Source: Sediminibacterium ginsengisoli
GTDB lineage: Bacteria > Bacteroidota > Bacteroidia > Chitinophagales > Chitinophagaceae
Direction: 5' to 3'
Length of the DNA stretch: 64,000 bases
Assembly (NCBI GenBank): GCA_945873615.1
Contig: CAMCDT010000004.1
Location: forward strand, 10,137 to 74,136
A program made the position numbers and the translations under genes. Each line of letters starts with the position of its first letter. Position 1 is the stretch's first letter. This document shows positions 30,552 to 40,219 of this stretch, in pieces. The notes beneath the pieces are model-generated. The model was given only the letters and a program-made list of their open reading frames with translations. It was not told where the DNA came from and made no database searches.

Positions 30552-31865
30552 TTATTCTAAATCTTCGGCAGCAATTACGCTTACTTTAGGAACGAGTAAA
30601 TGCATGATTAGCCAAGCTAATAAATAAGCAGAGCCGCATACGATAAACATGATATAATAAGCCGTTTCAATTTGATTTATAGCACGGTAATGCACAAACA
30701 AATTCTTTTGCACAGCCATCGATAAGAAAATACCGCCAATCGCTCCAAACATACCTCCAATACCGGTTACAGAGCCTACCGCGCGTTTTGGAAACATATC
30801 ACTTACGGTCGTAAATATATTAGCACTCCAGGCCTGATGCGCTGAAGCGGCAATTCCAATTACAAAAACAGCCAACCACATATTTAATCCGCCAAGCAAC
30901 TGTGCAAATAAAATAGGCAATACTAAAAATGCATAGAGTAACATAGATGATTTACGCGCCTTAAACACAGACCAATTTTTTTTGATAAAATACATAGGAA
31001 GCCATCCACCAAAAACACTACCCACTGCAGACATCGTATATACGGCCGCCACTGGAAGTGCTATAGCCGTGCCTTTAATTCCATACTGACTTTCTAAAAA
31101 ATCAGGTAGCCAGAAAAGATAAAACCACCAAATAGGATCGGTTAATAATTTACCTATCGCAAAAGCCCAGGTTTGTTTATACTTTAATAAAGATCCCCAT
31201 CCAAAAGGTTTTGTTTGTAATGCATCGCCTTCAGCTATTGCATCGGCATCGCTATTGATATAAGCAAGTTCTGCAGCAGATAACTTAGGATGCTCAGATG
31301 GTTTATAATAATGCTTGTTCCAAAAAATAAGCCAAATAAATCCAAGTAAGCCAGTAGCAATAAATGCCCACTGCCAACCATATGCAGCTGCAATAAATGG
31401 AACAGTTAGAGGGGCAACAATGGCGCCAATATTAGCTCCAGAATTAAAAAGCCCAGTGGCTAAAGCACGCTCTTTACGCGGAAACCATTCTGCTACAGTT
31501 TTAATAGCAGCCGGAAAATTTCCTGCCTCGGTAACACCTAATGCTGCCCTAGCTGTTGCAAAACCAAAAACACTTTTTGCGGCCGCATGTAAAACGGCTG
31601 CAACGCTCCAAAGTCCAGTTGCCCATGCATACCCTTTTTTAGTGCCTACCTTGTCTATAAACCTACCAGCTAACAATAATCCGATTGCGTAGGAAACTTT
31701 AAATGCAACTTCTACATCTGCGTAATCGCCATCATTCCAATTTAATTCGGTAGTAAGGGTAGATTTTAGTAAACTTATTACAGCTCTATCTAAATAATTA
31801 ATTGTGGTAGCAAAAAAAACCAGACCACAAATAGTCCAGCGGTAACGTCCAATATTTTGTTCCAT
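30552..31865 (-). CDS. exuT: MFS hexuronate transporter (ExuT-like)
   Basis: RYRWTIC, TINYLDR, EAGNFPAAIKTVAEWFP.KERALATGLFNSGANIGA, DPIWWFYLFWLP, AHQAWSAN. Confidence 0.88.
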   Translation of the reverse strand: MEQNIGRYRWTICGLVFFATTINYLDRAVISLLKSTLTTELNWNDGDYADVEVAFKVSYAIGLLLAGRFIDKVGTKKGYAWATGLWSVAAVLHAAAKSVFGFATARAALGVTEAGNFPAAIKTVAEWFPRKERALATGLFNSGANIGAIVAPLTVPFIAAAYGWQWAFIATGLLGFIWLIFWNKHYYKPSEHPKLSAAELAYINSDADAIAEGDALQTKPFGWGSLLKYKQTWAFAIGKLLTDPIWWFYLFWLPDFLESQYGIKGTAIALPVAAVYTMSAVGSVFGGWLPMYFIKKNWSVFKARKSSMLLYAFLVLPILFAQLLGGLNMWLAVFVIGIAASAHQAWSANIFTTVSDMFPKRAVGSVTGIGGMFGAIGGIFLSMAVQKNLFVHYRAINQIETAYYIMFIVCGSAYLLAWLIMHLLVPKVSVIAAEDLE

Positions 31866-31887
31866 ATGGGTAAACTTTAAATCGTAA

Positions 31888-32544
31888 TTATTGTACTTTT
31901 TTTATGAGCTTTACAAGTTCTTTTGTTTGGGCTTCTAAATCCTTATAATTTTTATTCGCTAAAATATCTTTGGTAATTAGTTTACTTCCAAGCCCCACGC
32001 CTGACACACCTGCTTTAAACCAGGCACCAATATTTTGCTCGGTTGGCTCTACACCACCTGTTACTAAAAAGTCGACCCCTGTAAATAATGTTTTAATGGC
32101 TTCTACAAAACCAGGACCTAATACATTACCCGGAAATAATTTTACAAGTGTAGCGCCAGATTTTTGCGCCACATGAATTTCTGTGGGGGTCATACAACCT
32201 GGTATCCATAGCACTTTGTGCATGTATGCAACGTCTGCAACACTCGCATCAAAACAAGGACTGATTAAAAAATCAGCACCAGCTTCAATAAATGCGGTAG
32301 CATCTTGCGGTGATTTAATGGTACCAATGCCAAGTATCAAACCAGGCATCGTAGATTTTAAGGAAATAAGGTGCTTAAAATTTGGAAGTGCATGCACACC
32401 CCTATTGGTAAATTCAACACATCTAACGCCGCCATTGTATAGTGCTTGAAGCACATTTTCACAAACAGTAACGTCATCATGATAAAACAAAGGCAACATA
32501 CCTTCATTTTTTATTTGATTGATTAAAGCCGCTTCTCTTTCCAT
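31888..32544 (-). CDS. eda: KDPG/KHG aldolase
   Basis: VEFTNR, GIGTI, GADFLISP, PGCMTPTEI, VKLFPG, TGGV; located in the hexuronate operon. Confidence 0.92.
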   Translation of the reverse strand: MEREAALINQIKNEGMLPLFYHDDVTVCENVLQALYNGGVRCVEFTNRGVHALPNFKHLISLKSTMPGLILGIGTIKSPQDATAFIEAGADFLISPCFDASVADVAYMHKVLWIPGCMTPTEIHVAQKSGATLVKLFPGNVLGPGFVEAIKTLFTGVDFLVTGGVEPTEQNIGAWFKAGVSGVGLGSKLITKDILANKNYKDLEAQTKELVKLIKKVQ

Positions 32545-33555
32545 TTAATACCTTGATTTAATTTGACTAACGGTTTGTTTGGTACTATCACCCAGTTCTT
32601 GCAATTTACCAAAAGCTGCCGAAGCTGCATAATTTATCGTTTCCTGATGTTTATGTCCATTATGGATACCATATATAAGTCCTGCCATAAAACAGTCTCC
32701 ACTACCCACTTTATCAATCACAGAATTTGCATCAAAACTTACTGATACCGCCTGCTCCTCTCTTGTATCAAGTGCCGCATAATAATGCACGCCCGCTCCT
32801 TCTGGTGTAAATCTAAAGGTATTGGCTACTACCTTGCAAGACGTGTTTTGTGCAAATAGTACAGCAGCCGTTTCCTTAGCACATGCAGCGAACTCCTCTT
32901 TGCTACTAGCGCTTTCTGCACTAGCTGGAACATGAATACCCATGAGATCTCTAGCGCTCCAGATATTCCCCATAATTACATCGGCGTAAGCAACAAGTTC
33001 TGGCATTACCTGTGCAGGTTGCTTACCATACTTCCAAAGTTTAGCACGGTAATTTAAATCTACAGAAATAGTAAGCCCTAAACGCTTTGCAGCTTTTAAT
33101 GCATCCAAACAAAGTTCCGCAGCTTGTTCTGTTAAAGCCGGACTGATGGCACTAAAATGAAACCAATCAGAACCTTCAAGTAATGCATCCCAATTTATTT
33201 TTCCCGGGAATAAAGCCGTTGAAAATGAAGCATGTGCACGGTCGTAAATAACACCGGCATTTTTTAAATCGGCACCTTGTGGTAAAAAATAAATACCTAT
33301 ACGGTCGCCACAATATTGCATGGCTTCTACGCCAATATGACTAGCAGCAATTGACGCTGCAATTTCTTTAGATAAATAATTATCTGGCATTGCAGACATA
33401 TACGTAACGGGTTGCTGCCATCCAGCCAAAGCCTTTGCTACATTGAGTTCTGCGCCACCCAAATGCACTGGCATAGAAGCACTGTTAATCCATCCCTGAT
33501 CTAATACGGGTGACATTCGAAGTAAAATTTCCCCAAAACAAAATACTTTTTTCAT
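32545..33555 (-). CDS. kdgK: 2-keto-3-deoxygluconate kinase (PfkB)
   Basis: FGEILLRMSP, GGAELNVA, VIYDRAHASF, SVDLNYRAKLW, DKVGSGDCFMAG. Confidence 0.92.
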   Translation of the reverse strand: MKKVFCFGEILLRMSPVLDQGWINSASMPVHLGGAELNVAKALAGWQQPVTYMSAMPDNYLSKEIAASIAASHIGVEAMQYCGDRIGIYFLPQGADLKNAGVIYDRAHASFSTALFPGKINWDALLEGSDWFHFSAISPALTEQAAELCLDALKAAKRLGLTISVDLNYRAKLWKYGKQPAQVMPELVAYADVIMGNIWSARDLMGIHVPASAESASSKEEFAACAKETAAVLFAQNTSCKVVANTFRFTPEGAGVHYYAALDTREEQAVSVSFDANSVIDKVGSGDCFMAGLIYGIHNGHKHQETINYAASAAFGKLQELGDSTKQTVSQIKSRY

Positions 33556-33612
33556 ACCTATTTCTTACCCGTTTGATTTACAAGATAATATGAAATGAAA
33601 TAAAAAAGTAGA

Positions 33613-35025
33613 TTATTTATCATTCCAGCCAAAATAGGTATTGGCATTGTTGTAACAGATATCCTGAATAATTTGACCTACCCATTTTGTATCGTTAGGC
33701 AATTCACCATTTTCAATTTCGTCGCCAAACAAATTACACAAGATGCGTCTAAAATATTCGTGTCTTGGAAAAGATAAAAAACTTCGTGAATCGGTGAGCA
33801 TGCCTACAAACCTGCTAACTAGACCCATATTACTAAGGGCATTTAACTGTTTAATGATACCATCTTTTTGATCTAAAAACCACCAGCCACTTCCAAACTG
33901 AATTTTGCCAGCTACCGATCCGTCATTAAAATTACCAATCATGGATGCCATAAGCTCATTATCTGCAGGATTCAGATTGTAAATGATGGTTTTAGCCAAT
34001 TTGTCTTCACTATCTAGTTTATTTAAAAATTTAGAAAGCGCTGCTGCTTGCGAAAAATCTCCAATACTATCCCATCCAGTGTCTGGGCCTAATTTAGACA
34101 GCATGCGTGAATTGTTATTGCGCAGTGCACCAAGGTGATATTGTTGCACCCAGCCTTTTTTCCAATCCCATTCTGCAAAGTGAAGCAACATGCAGCTTTT
34201 AAATTTGCGCTGCTCAATAAGACTTAAATCTTTGCCTGCATAAACTTTTGTAAAGATGGCTTCAATTTCTTGACCCGTAAAATCTTCTACATAAATTTCT
34301 TCTAATCCATGATCACTTACAGAACATCCCATTGATGCAAAAAAGTCGTGTCTATTTTGAAGTGCAAATAAATAATCGTTGAATGTAGAAACCGACAAAT
34401 TAGTAACGGCTTCCAGTTTTTTAACATACGCTGTAAAGTTGGCCGCACTTGACACTTCCATGGCTTTATCAGGTCTAAAAGCTGGCTTTATTTTTACTTC
34501 AAAATCACTCTCAGCAAGCGTTTTGTGGTATTCTAATGAATCGATAGGATCATCTGTGGTGCAAATGACTTTTACATTCATTTTTCGAATTAAATTTTTG
34601 ATACTAAAAGCATCCGTTTGAATTTGCGCACTGGCATTATCATACACCGCTTTTGCTGTTGATGGATTTAGTATCTCTTCTATACCAAAATATCTTTTTA
34701 ACTCTAAGTGTGTCCAGTGGTAAAGTGGGTTACGCATGGTATAAGGTACTGTAGCAGCCCACTTCTCAAATTTTTCATAATCGGATTTATTACCCGTGCA
34801 ATAAGATTCATCTACACCACTTGTACGCATGGCTCTCCACTTATAATGATCGCCATATAACCACGCCTGCGTTAAGTTTTCGAACTTAATATCTTCGGCA
34901 ATTTGTTGTGGCGATAAATGACAATGGTAATCGATAATTGGCATCTGTTTTGCATAATCCTCATACAACAACTGCGCTGTTTTAGTTTGCAACAAAAAAT
35001 CTTCACCCATAAATAACTTACTCAT
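33613..35025 (-). CDS. uxaC: Glucuronate/uronate isomerase
   Basis: PIIDYHCHL, GDHYKWRAMR, NPLYHWTHLEL, TTDDPID, FGSGWWFLDQK, GMLTDSRSFLSFPRHEYFRRILC. Confidence 0.98.
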   Translation of the reverse strand: MSKLFMGEDFLLQTKTAQLLYEDYAKQMPIIDYHCHLSPQQIAEDIKFENLTQAWLYGDHYKWRAMRTSGVDESYCTGNKSDYEKFEKWAATVPYTMRNPLYHWTHLELKRYFGIEEILNPSTAKAVYDNASAQIQTDAFSIKNLIRKMNVKVICTTDDPIDSLEYHKTLAESDFEVKIKPAFRPDKAMEVSSAANFTAYVKKLEAVTNLSVSTFNDYLFALQNRHDFFASMGCSVSDHGLEEIYVEDFTGQEIEAIFTKVYAGKDLSLIEQRKFKSCMLLHFAEWDWKKGWVQQYHLGALRNNNSRMLSKLGPDTGWDSIGDFSQAAALSKFLNKLDSEDKLAKTIIYNLNPADNELMASMIGNFNDGSVAGKIQFGSGWWFLDQKDGIIKQLNALSNMGLVSRFVGMLTDSRSFLSFPRHEYFRRILCNLFGDEIENGELPNDTKWVGQIIQDICYNNANTYFGWNDK

Positions 35026-35041
35026 CTCTTCAAATTTTTAT

Positions 35042-36694
35042 TTATAAACTCACTCCACGTTTCCATGGAATAAAATCGTCTTGATTTAACAATACTGCTT
35101 TAGGCGTAATTTCACCACTAGCAGCTTTAATACAATAGTCCAATATTAATTCCCCCATTTCTGCAATCGTTTTTTCACCAGCAATAATTGGACTTGTATC
35201 AATATCAATGATGTCATTCATCCTTTTCGTTAAAGCAGCATTGGTAGATACTTTAATGGTAGGACATACTGGGTTGCCTGTTGGCGTACCAAGCCCTGTG
35301 GTAAATAAAATTAGCGTTGCGCCACTTGCCGCTTTACCTGTTGTAGCTTCAACATCATTACCGGGTGTACATACTAGATTTAAACCCGGCTTGGTAGCAG
35401 GCTCTGTATAATCTAACACATCTACTACTGGAGAGGACCCTCCTTTTTTGGCAGCACCCGCAGACTTAATCGCATCGGTAATTAATCCATCTTTAATATT
35501 TCCGGGAGATGGATTCATATGAAAACCAGAACCAGCCGCTATTGCAGCAGCACTATATGCACCCATAAGATCAATGAACTTATGTGCAGCATCCGGATTA
35601 ACGGTACGATCAATTAATTCTTGTTCTACCCCACACAGTTCTGGAAACTCAGCAAGTAATACTTTAGCACCTAATGCTACGAGTAAATCACTACAATAAC
35701 CTACTGCTGGATTTGCAGAAATACCACTAAATCCATCACTACCGCCACACTTAACACCTACTGTTAATTTATCAAGCCCAGCAGGATGTCTTTCTATTTT
35801 ATTGGCCTCAATAAGTCCTTCAAATGTTTTTTTGATGGCTTCGCAAATCAAATCTTCTTCACTAACAGATTGTTGTTGCTCGAAAATATAAAGTGGCTTA
35901 TCAAATGTTGGATTGCGCAGCTTGATGTCATTTTCTAAATCTTGTAACTGCAAATTTTGACAGCCCAAACTTAAAACGGTAATACCTGCAACATTTGGAT
36001 GATCGGCGTAGGCAGCAAGGAGCTTACTTAATATAGCAGCGTCTCCTCTAGTTCCACCACAACCACCCTGATGATTTAAAAATTTAATGCCATCAATATT
36101 TTTAAACTTACGATTCTCTTTTGGCTCTGCCATTAATGAGGCTGGAGAAAAATCATGGATCGAACTACCCGCTTCATACGCAGACAATAATTGTTTTGTG
36201 AAAGATTTATACTTATGAGTCACTGCGTAACCAAGCTCGTTATGCAGCGCTTCACGGATTACATCTAAATTTCTGTTTTCACAAAATACAGTTGGTATAA
36301 ACAACCAATAATTGGCAGTACCCACCCTCCCATCTGCGCGGTGGTATCCTAAAAATGTTTTGTTTTTATAGGCGTCTACATTTGGGGGTGTCCAGCTATA
36401 ATTATAAGGCCTAAATGCATAAGGCTCTGCTGCGTGATGCAAATTAGTAGTTGTCATACGCATACCCATCGTAACTGGCACTTGTACTTTTCCAACAAGT
36501 ACACCATACATTGTAACCGTATCGCCTGCTTGCATATTTGCTTCATAAAACTTATGCTTAGCTGCAACTTCGTCCACTATTTTGTAGGTTACATTTTCAT
36601 ACATGACAGTAGCACCAGCAGGAATATCTTCAAGCGCAACAATCACATTGTCACTAGGGTGTACTTTAATTACTTTATAATTCTCTTTCATCAT
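35042..36694 (-). CDS. uxaA: Altronate dehydratase (SAF + GD_AH)
   Basis: VHPSDNVIVAL, GYHRADGRVGTANY, HQGGCG, KCGGSDGFSGISANPAVG, NPSPGNIKDG, TPGNDVE, FTTGLGTP. Confidence 0.95.
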   Translation of the reverse strand: MMKENYKVIKVHPSDNVIVALEDIPAGATVMYENVTYKIVDEVAAKHKFYEANMQAGDTVTMYGVLVGKVQVPVTMGMRMTTTNLHHAAEPYAFRPYNYSWTPPNVDAYKNKTFLGYHRADGRVGTANYWLFIPTVFCENRNLDVIREALHNELGYAVTHKYKSFTKQLLSAYEAGSSIHDFSPASLMAEPKENRKFKNIDGIKFLNHQGGCGGTRGDAAILSKLLAAYADHPNVAGITVLSLGCQNLQLQDLENDIKLRNPTFDKPLYIFEQQQSVSEEDLICEAIKKTFEGLIEANKIERHPAGLDKLTVGVKCGGSDGFSGISANPAVGYCSDLLVALGAKVLLAEFPELCGVEQELIDRTVNPDAAHKFIDLMGAYSAAAIAAGSGFHMNPSPGNIKDGLITDAIKSAGAAKKGGSSPVVDVLDYTEPATKPGLNLVCTPGNDVEATTGKAASGATLILFTTGLGTPTGNPVCPTIKVSTNAALTKRMNDIIDIDTSPIIAGEKTIAEMGELILDYCIKAASGEITPKAVLLNQDDFIPWKRGVSL

Positions 36695-36698
36695 TTCT

Positions 36699-38147
36699 TT
36701 ATTTTTTTACTACCGATGCCAAAATTTCTTTTACAGAACCAGCTTCAATAGCATCCACATAATCAAAAACCTGTTCATTAAAAACCTTCGACGCTACAAA
36801 TGTGTTTTTAGAAGCCCAAGCAGTAGACATTTCTGCAGCTTTATCATCTTTGATTTCATAACTAAGGCCTGCATAAGTACCCATATACTTTTGAGGAGCT
36901 TCTTCTTTAGATTTCATAAATACTAAAAACGCAGCAAACCCAAACGACATCAGTTTAGGTGCCATTCCATGTTGTTTCACATATTTTTCTACTAAAGGCA
37001 CTACGCGCATTTGCATTTTAGACGTGTATTGCACCGAAATGTTTAACCATAAGTGTTCAATACTCTGATTGGAAAAACGGTCAATAACTTGAAGTGCAAA
37101 AGCGTTCGCTTCCTCTAATGAAATATCTCCTTCAGCAACAAGTGGCACAATTTCTTCAAGTAACATTGCCGATATAAAAGACCTAAATGTACTTTCTTTT
37201 AAAGCGTCTCTCACGGTTACAAAACCACTCAAATGTGCCACACCGCAGCAAAGCGAATGTGTGGCATTTAAAAGTCTCAATTTAATTTCTTTATACTTAT
37301 TAATGCTAGGCGCTAAAATAACTCGGGCATCAGCACCTGCAAAAGATAGTATGGCTGCCGTTTTTTCACTTGCTGTTTCGATAGCCCACAGCCTGTAAGG
37401 TTCAGACATAATGGCAAGATCATCTGTGTAACCAGCATTTAATTCAAAAGCGCTCTTTTCTGTATCAGGTAATTTACCAGGCACAATACAATCAACCAAT
37501 GAACTACAAAAATCATTGGCGTTATTAACCCACGTAACAAAAGATGCATCAAGCCCTTTTAGTGCTGCTAATGCTAATACAATTTCTTTTAATTTAATCC
37601 CATTATCACTTATGAGCTCGGTTGGAATGATAACCATACCCGCATCTTCCGAACCGCCAAAAACTCGGTAACGCTCCATCAAAAAATGTAGTAGTTTACC
37701 CGGAAACGATGCTGGAAAAAAGGCAGTAGCATCGGAAGGGACTAGTGTAATACCCACTTCGGTGGTGTTTGAAATAATTACTTGTACATCCTTACTAGCT
37801 GCACATTTTAATACCTCATCCCACTCAGATTTTGCTGACACCACCCTATTGATAGAAGCATTAATTGTAGTACGCTCTATTGGAGATCCATTTTCAATGC
37901 CTTTTTCAAGTATGGTATACAAACTATCCTGCACGCCATAAGCATCCGTGCCACCTTGATCTGTAGATTTTACAACCACTACCCTTCCATTAAATAAACC
38001 CTGTTTATTGGCTTTATCAATAAAGTAATCAGGCAAACCACGAAGCAATACGCCAGTTCCAAACTGCAACACTTTTTCCGGTAGCGCAAACAATGCATCC
38101 ACATTTTCAGAAGCGTTACTCGCGTATGTTTTTTTATTCAACATCAT
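36699..38147 (-). CDS. uxaB: Tagaturonate reductase (altronate oxidoreductase)
   Basis: PEKVLQFGTGVLLRG, IISNTTEVGI, SFPGKL, IPTELI, SLVDCIVPG, EPYRLWAIE, KLRLLNATH, DRFSN. Confidence 0.93.
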   Translation of the reverse strand: MMLNKKTYASNASENVDALFALPEKVLQFGTGVLLRGLPDYFIDKANKQGLFNGRVVVVKSTDQGGTDAYGVQDSLYTILEKGIENGSPIERTTINASINRVVSAKSEWDEVLKCAASKDVQVIISNTTEVGITLVPSDATAFFPASFPGKLLHFLMERYRVFGGSEDAGMVIIPTELISDNGIKLKEIVLALAALKGLDASFVTWVNNANDFCSSLVDCIVPGKLPDTEKSAFELNAGYTDDLAIMSEPYRLWAIETASEKTAAILSFAGADARVILAPSINKYKEIKLRLLNATHSLCCGVAHLSGFVTVRDALKESTFRSFISAMLLEEIVPLVAEGDISLEEANAFALQVIDRFSNQSIEHLWLNISVQYTSKMQMRVVPLVEKYVKQHGMAPKLMSFGFAAFLVFMKSKEEAPQKYMGTYAGLSYEIKDDKAAEMSTAWASKNTFVASKVFNEQVFDYVDAIEAGSVKEILASVVKK

Positions 38148-38151
38148 ACAA

Positions 38152-40215
38152 TCAATTATTCTTGTTTATTTTTTGTAACCATTTTGGATAATTTACGAGC
38201 AGTAATGTTGCTGGCCAAGTTCCATACCAACCATACCCTGTTCGGCGTTCAACATCAATTTGGCGTAAATCATATTTTTTATCGCTATCTCGTCCACTAA
38301 AAAAAGGACGGTTGGTTCCTATTTCATAAAACCTTGCCCAGATAGTGCTATTAATATCTGGTGCAATGATTCTATCTTTTCCTTTTGGCTCGTTTGGAGC
38401 ATCAACATCTACATATTTGAAGCCTTTAATTTTTACCGATTCAAACCATTCTATACCAGCTTTAATAGCAGCAATAATTTCTGGTGACGGATTTTTTTGG
38501 CGCATTAAAAACTTAAGAATCCCCACCGACTCTTGCCCACTAATAGACACTAGCTCAAACTTTCTAGCCATTTCTGGTTGCAAAGTATTTTTATTGTACT
38601 GCGCACACCAGCCAGTCAAAACGCCATTTACTTTTATTTGTGTTCTTACAATACATCCTATCCCCAATTCAATTGCAAGTTTTGCTTTTGGAACAAATTC
38701 CGCATTAACTACCTCAAAGTTTTTAGCGCCTTCTACAATGTCTTGCATTATATTCAGCACATTTACTATGGCATCATCATTAAAAGTTATTTGACTTCTA
38801 TAAGAAGATGCATCAGGATAGTATTGTGGCCATCCACCTGTTGCATATTGCGCTTTTAATAAATAAGCAATTCCTTTTTCGGCAGCATTTAGATACTTTT
38901 CATTTTTTGTTTTTTTAAACGCTGCCACCAGGTACCTAATTTCTTTTGTTGTTGCACCATTGTCAATGGTTGGATCATTTTTAAGCGAGTCCGCAATAAT
39001 TAATTTTCGCTCCGCCGGCGTAAGCGTTTTTTTGTAATCAACTTTAATATCATTGATTGCTTTTGGCCAACCACCAATAGCACGCTGATACACAAGCATA
39101 TTTTCGGCTACAGCATCAACCGCTGATACTTGATTTGCTGCTGATAATTTAAATGTAGTTGTGTCAGGCATCCATTTGCCACCAAATAACCAGTTAAGTG
39201 TTATGTTTTCTGGCTTGATATTTCCTTTTGCGGTTTCTAGGTTATTTTTTAGCCAAGTAAATGCTGCACCTTCTTTTACTGCATTATAAAAATAAACGCG
39301 CTGCCCCCAATTAATTTGGTTTTGAGGATTAGAAGGATTTAAATAAATAGGAGCATCGGCCATCTCTTTGGCGAACCAACCATTGATAATATAAAACTGC
39401 GCGTCTCTATGGTAACGCCCAAGTTTAAATCCAGGATCACCTGTAAATGAACAGTTAATGAGCACCGTATTAGCGTCTTCATTTTTAGATCCATCATGCC
39501 ATATTGCGGCGGTATTTCCGTGCGCAATAAAACTGCAGTTTTCTGCCCATGCCCAACCCCTAGGACAATAAAAATCTACGCCGCCTTCCATGATGCAGTC
39601 TTTGAAATAAAAAAAGCCTGCTTCTGCATTCCAAGGGCTTACCGTATCGCCACCATAGGCCCTAAAAATGCAATTTTTAGCGACCAGTCTTGTGGTGGCA
39701 AAGCTTCTAAGCGCCATTTGATGACCACTATTTCTAACCTCCTTATTTGGGTGTAATGAATCTTTGGGGCAATTGATAAGTGCCGGCGTTGCGTTATTCT
39801 GATTTTCAAAACCATAGGTATTGGTAATCGTTAGGTTTTCGAGTACAATATCATTTGATTTTAAATTGATGGTGGCCACACCCCAATCATCATCATTTTC
39901 GCAGCGCCAAATATCTCTTGCTAATGAAATAGTAAGTATGGTTGTGTTTTTATCTTCTCCAATTAAGCTGACAAAATCCTTTTCTACAAAAATCTTTTCT
40001 TTATAGACGCCCGCTTTTATATATATGATTCGGGGTGCAGAAGCTATGTCAGATAAACTATTAATAGCATCCTGTATTGAAACAAAATCGGCTCCTCCGC
40101 GTTGATCCACCACAATCATTGACTTACTTGAGGCTTGCGCATAAAGTTTTGTATCACTGAAAAATCCAATGATGGTCATCAAAAAAGCGAAAAAATAATA
40201 GCTTGTTTTTTTCAA
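38152..40215 (-). CDS. Bimodular pectin methylesterase (CE8) / pectate lyase (PL10)
   Basis: CE8: GVYKEK, QMALR, GDTV, DFYCPRG, LGRY. PL10: TIDNGAT, GGWPQYYP, ITFNDDA, WCAQY, ARKFE, RRTGYGW. Has an SPI-type signal peptide. Confidence 0.88.
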   Translation of the reverse strand: MKKTSYYFFAFLMTIIGFFSDTKLYAQASSKSMIVVDQRGGADFVSIQDAINSLSDIASAPRIIYIKAGVYKEKIFVEKDFVSLIGEDKNTTILTISLARDIWRCENDDDWGVATINLKSNDIVLENLTITNTYGFENQNNATPALINCPKDSLHPNKEVRNSGHQMALRSFATTRLVAKNCIFRAYGGDTVSPWNAEAGFFYFKDCIMEGGVDFYCPRGWAWAENCSFIAHGNTAAIWHDGSKNEDANTVLINCSFTGDPGFKLGRYHRDAQFYIINGWFAKEMADAPIYLNPSNPQNQINWGQRVYFYNAVKEGAAFTWLKNNLETAKGNIKPENITLNWLFGGKWMPDTTTFKLSAANQVSAVDAVAENMLVYQRAIGGWPKAINDIKVDYKKTLTPAERKLIIADSLKNDPTIDNGATTKEIRYLVAAFKKTKNEKYLNAAEKGIAYLLKAQYATGGWPQYYPDASSYRSQITFNDDAIVNVLNIMQDIVEGAKNFEVVNAEFVPKAKLAIELGIGCIVRTQIKVNGVLTGWCAQYNKNTLQPEMARKFELVSISGQESVGILKFLMRQKNPSPEIIAAIKAGIEWFESVKIKGFKYVDVDAPNEPKGKDRIIAPDINSTIWARFYEIGTNRPFFSGRDSDKKYDLRQIDVERRTGYGWYGTWPATLLLVNYPKWLQKINKNN

Positions 40216-40219
40216 TACA

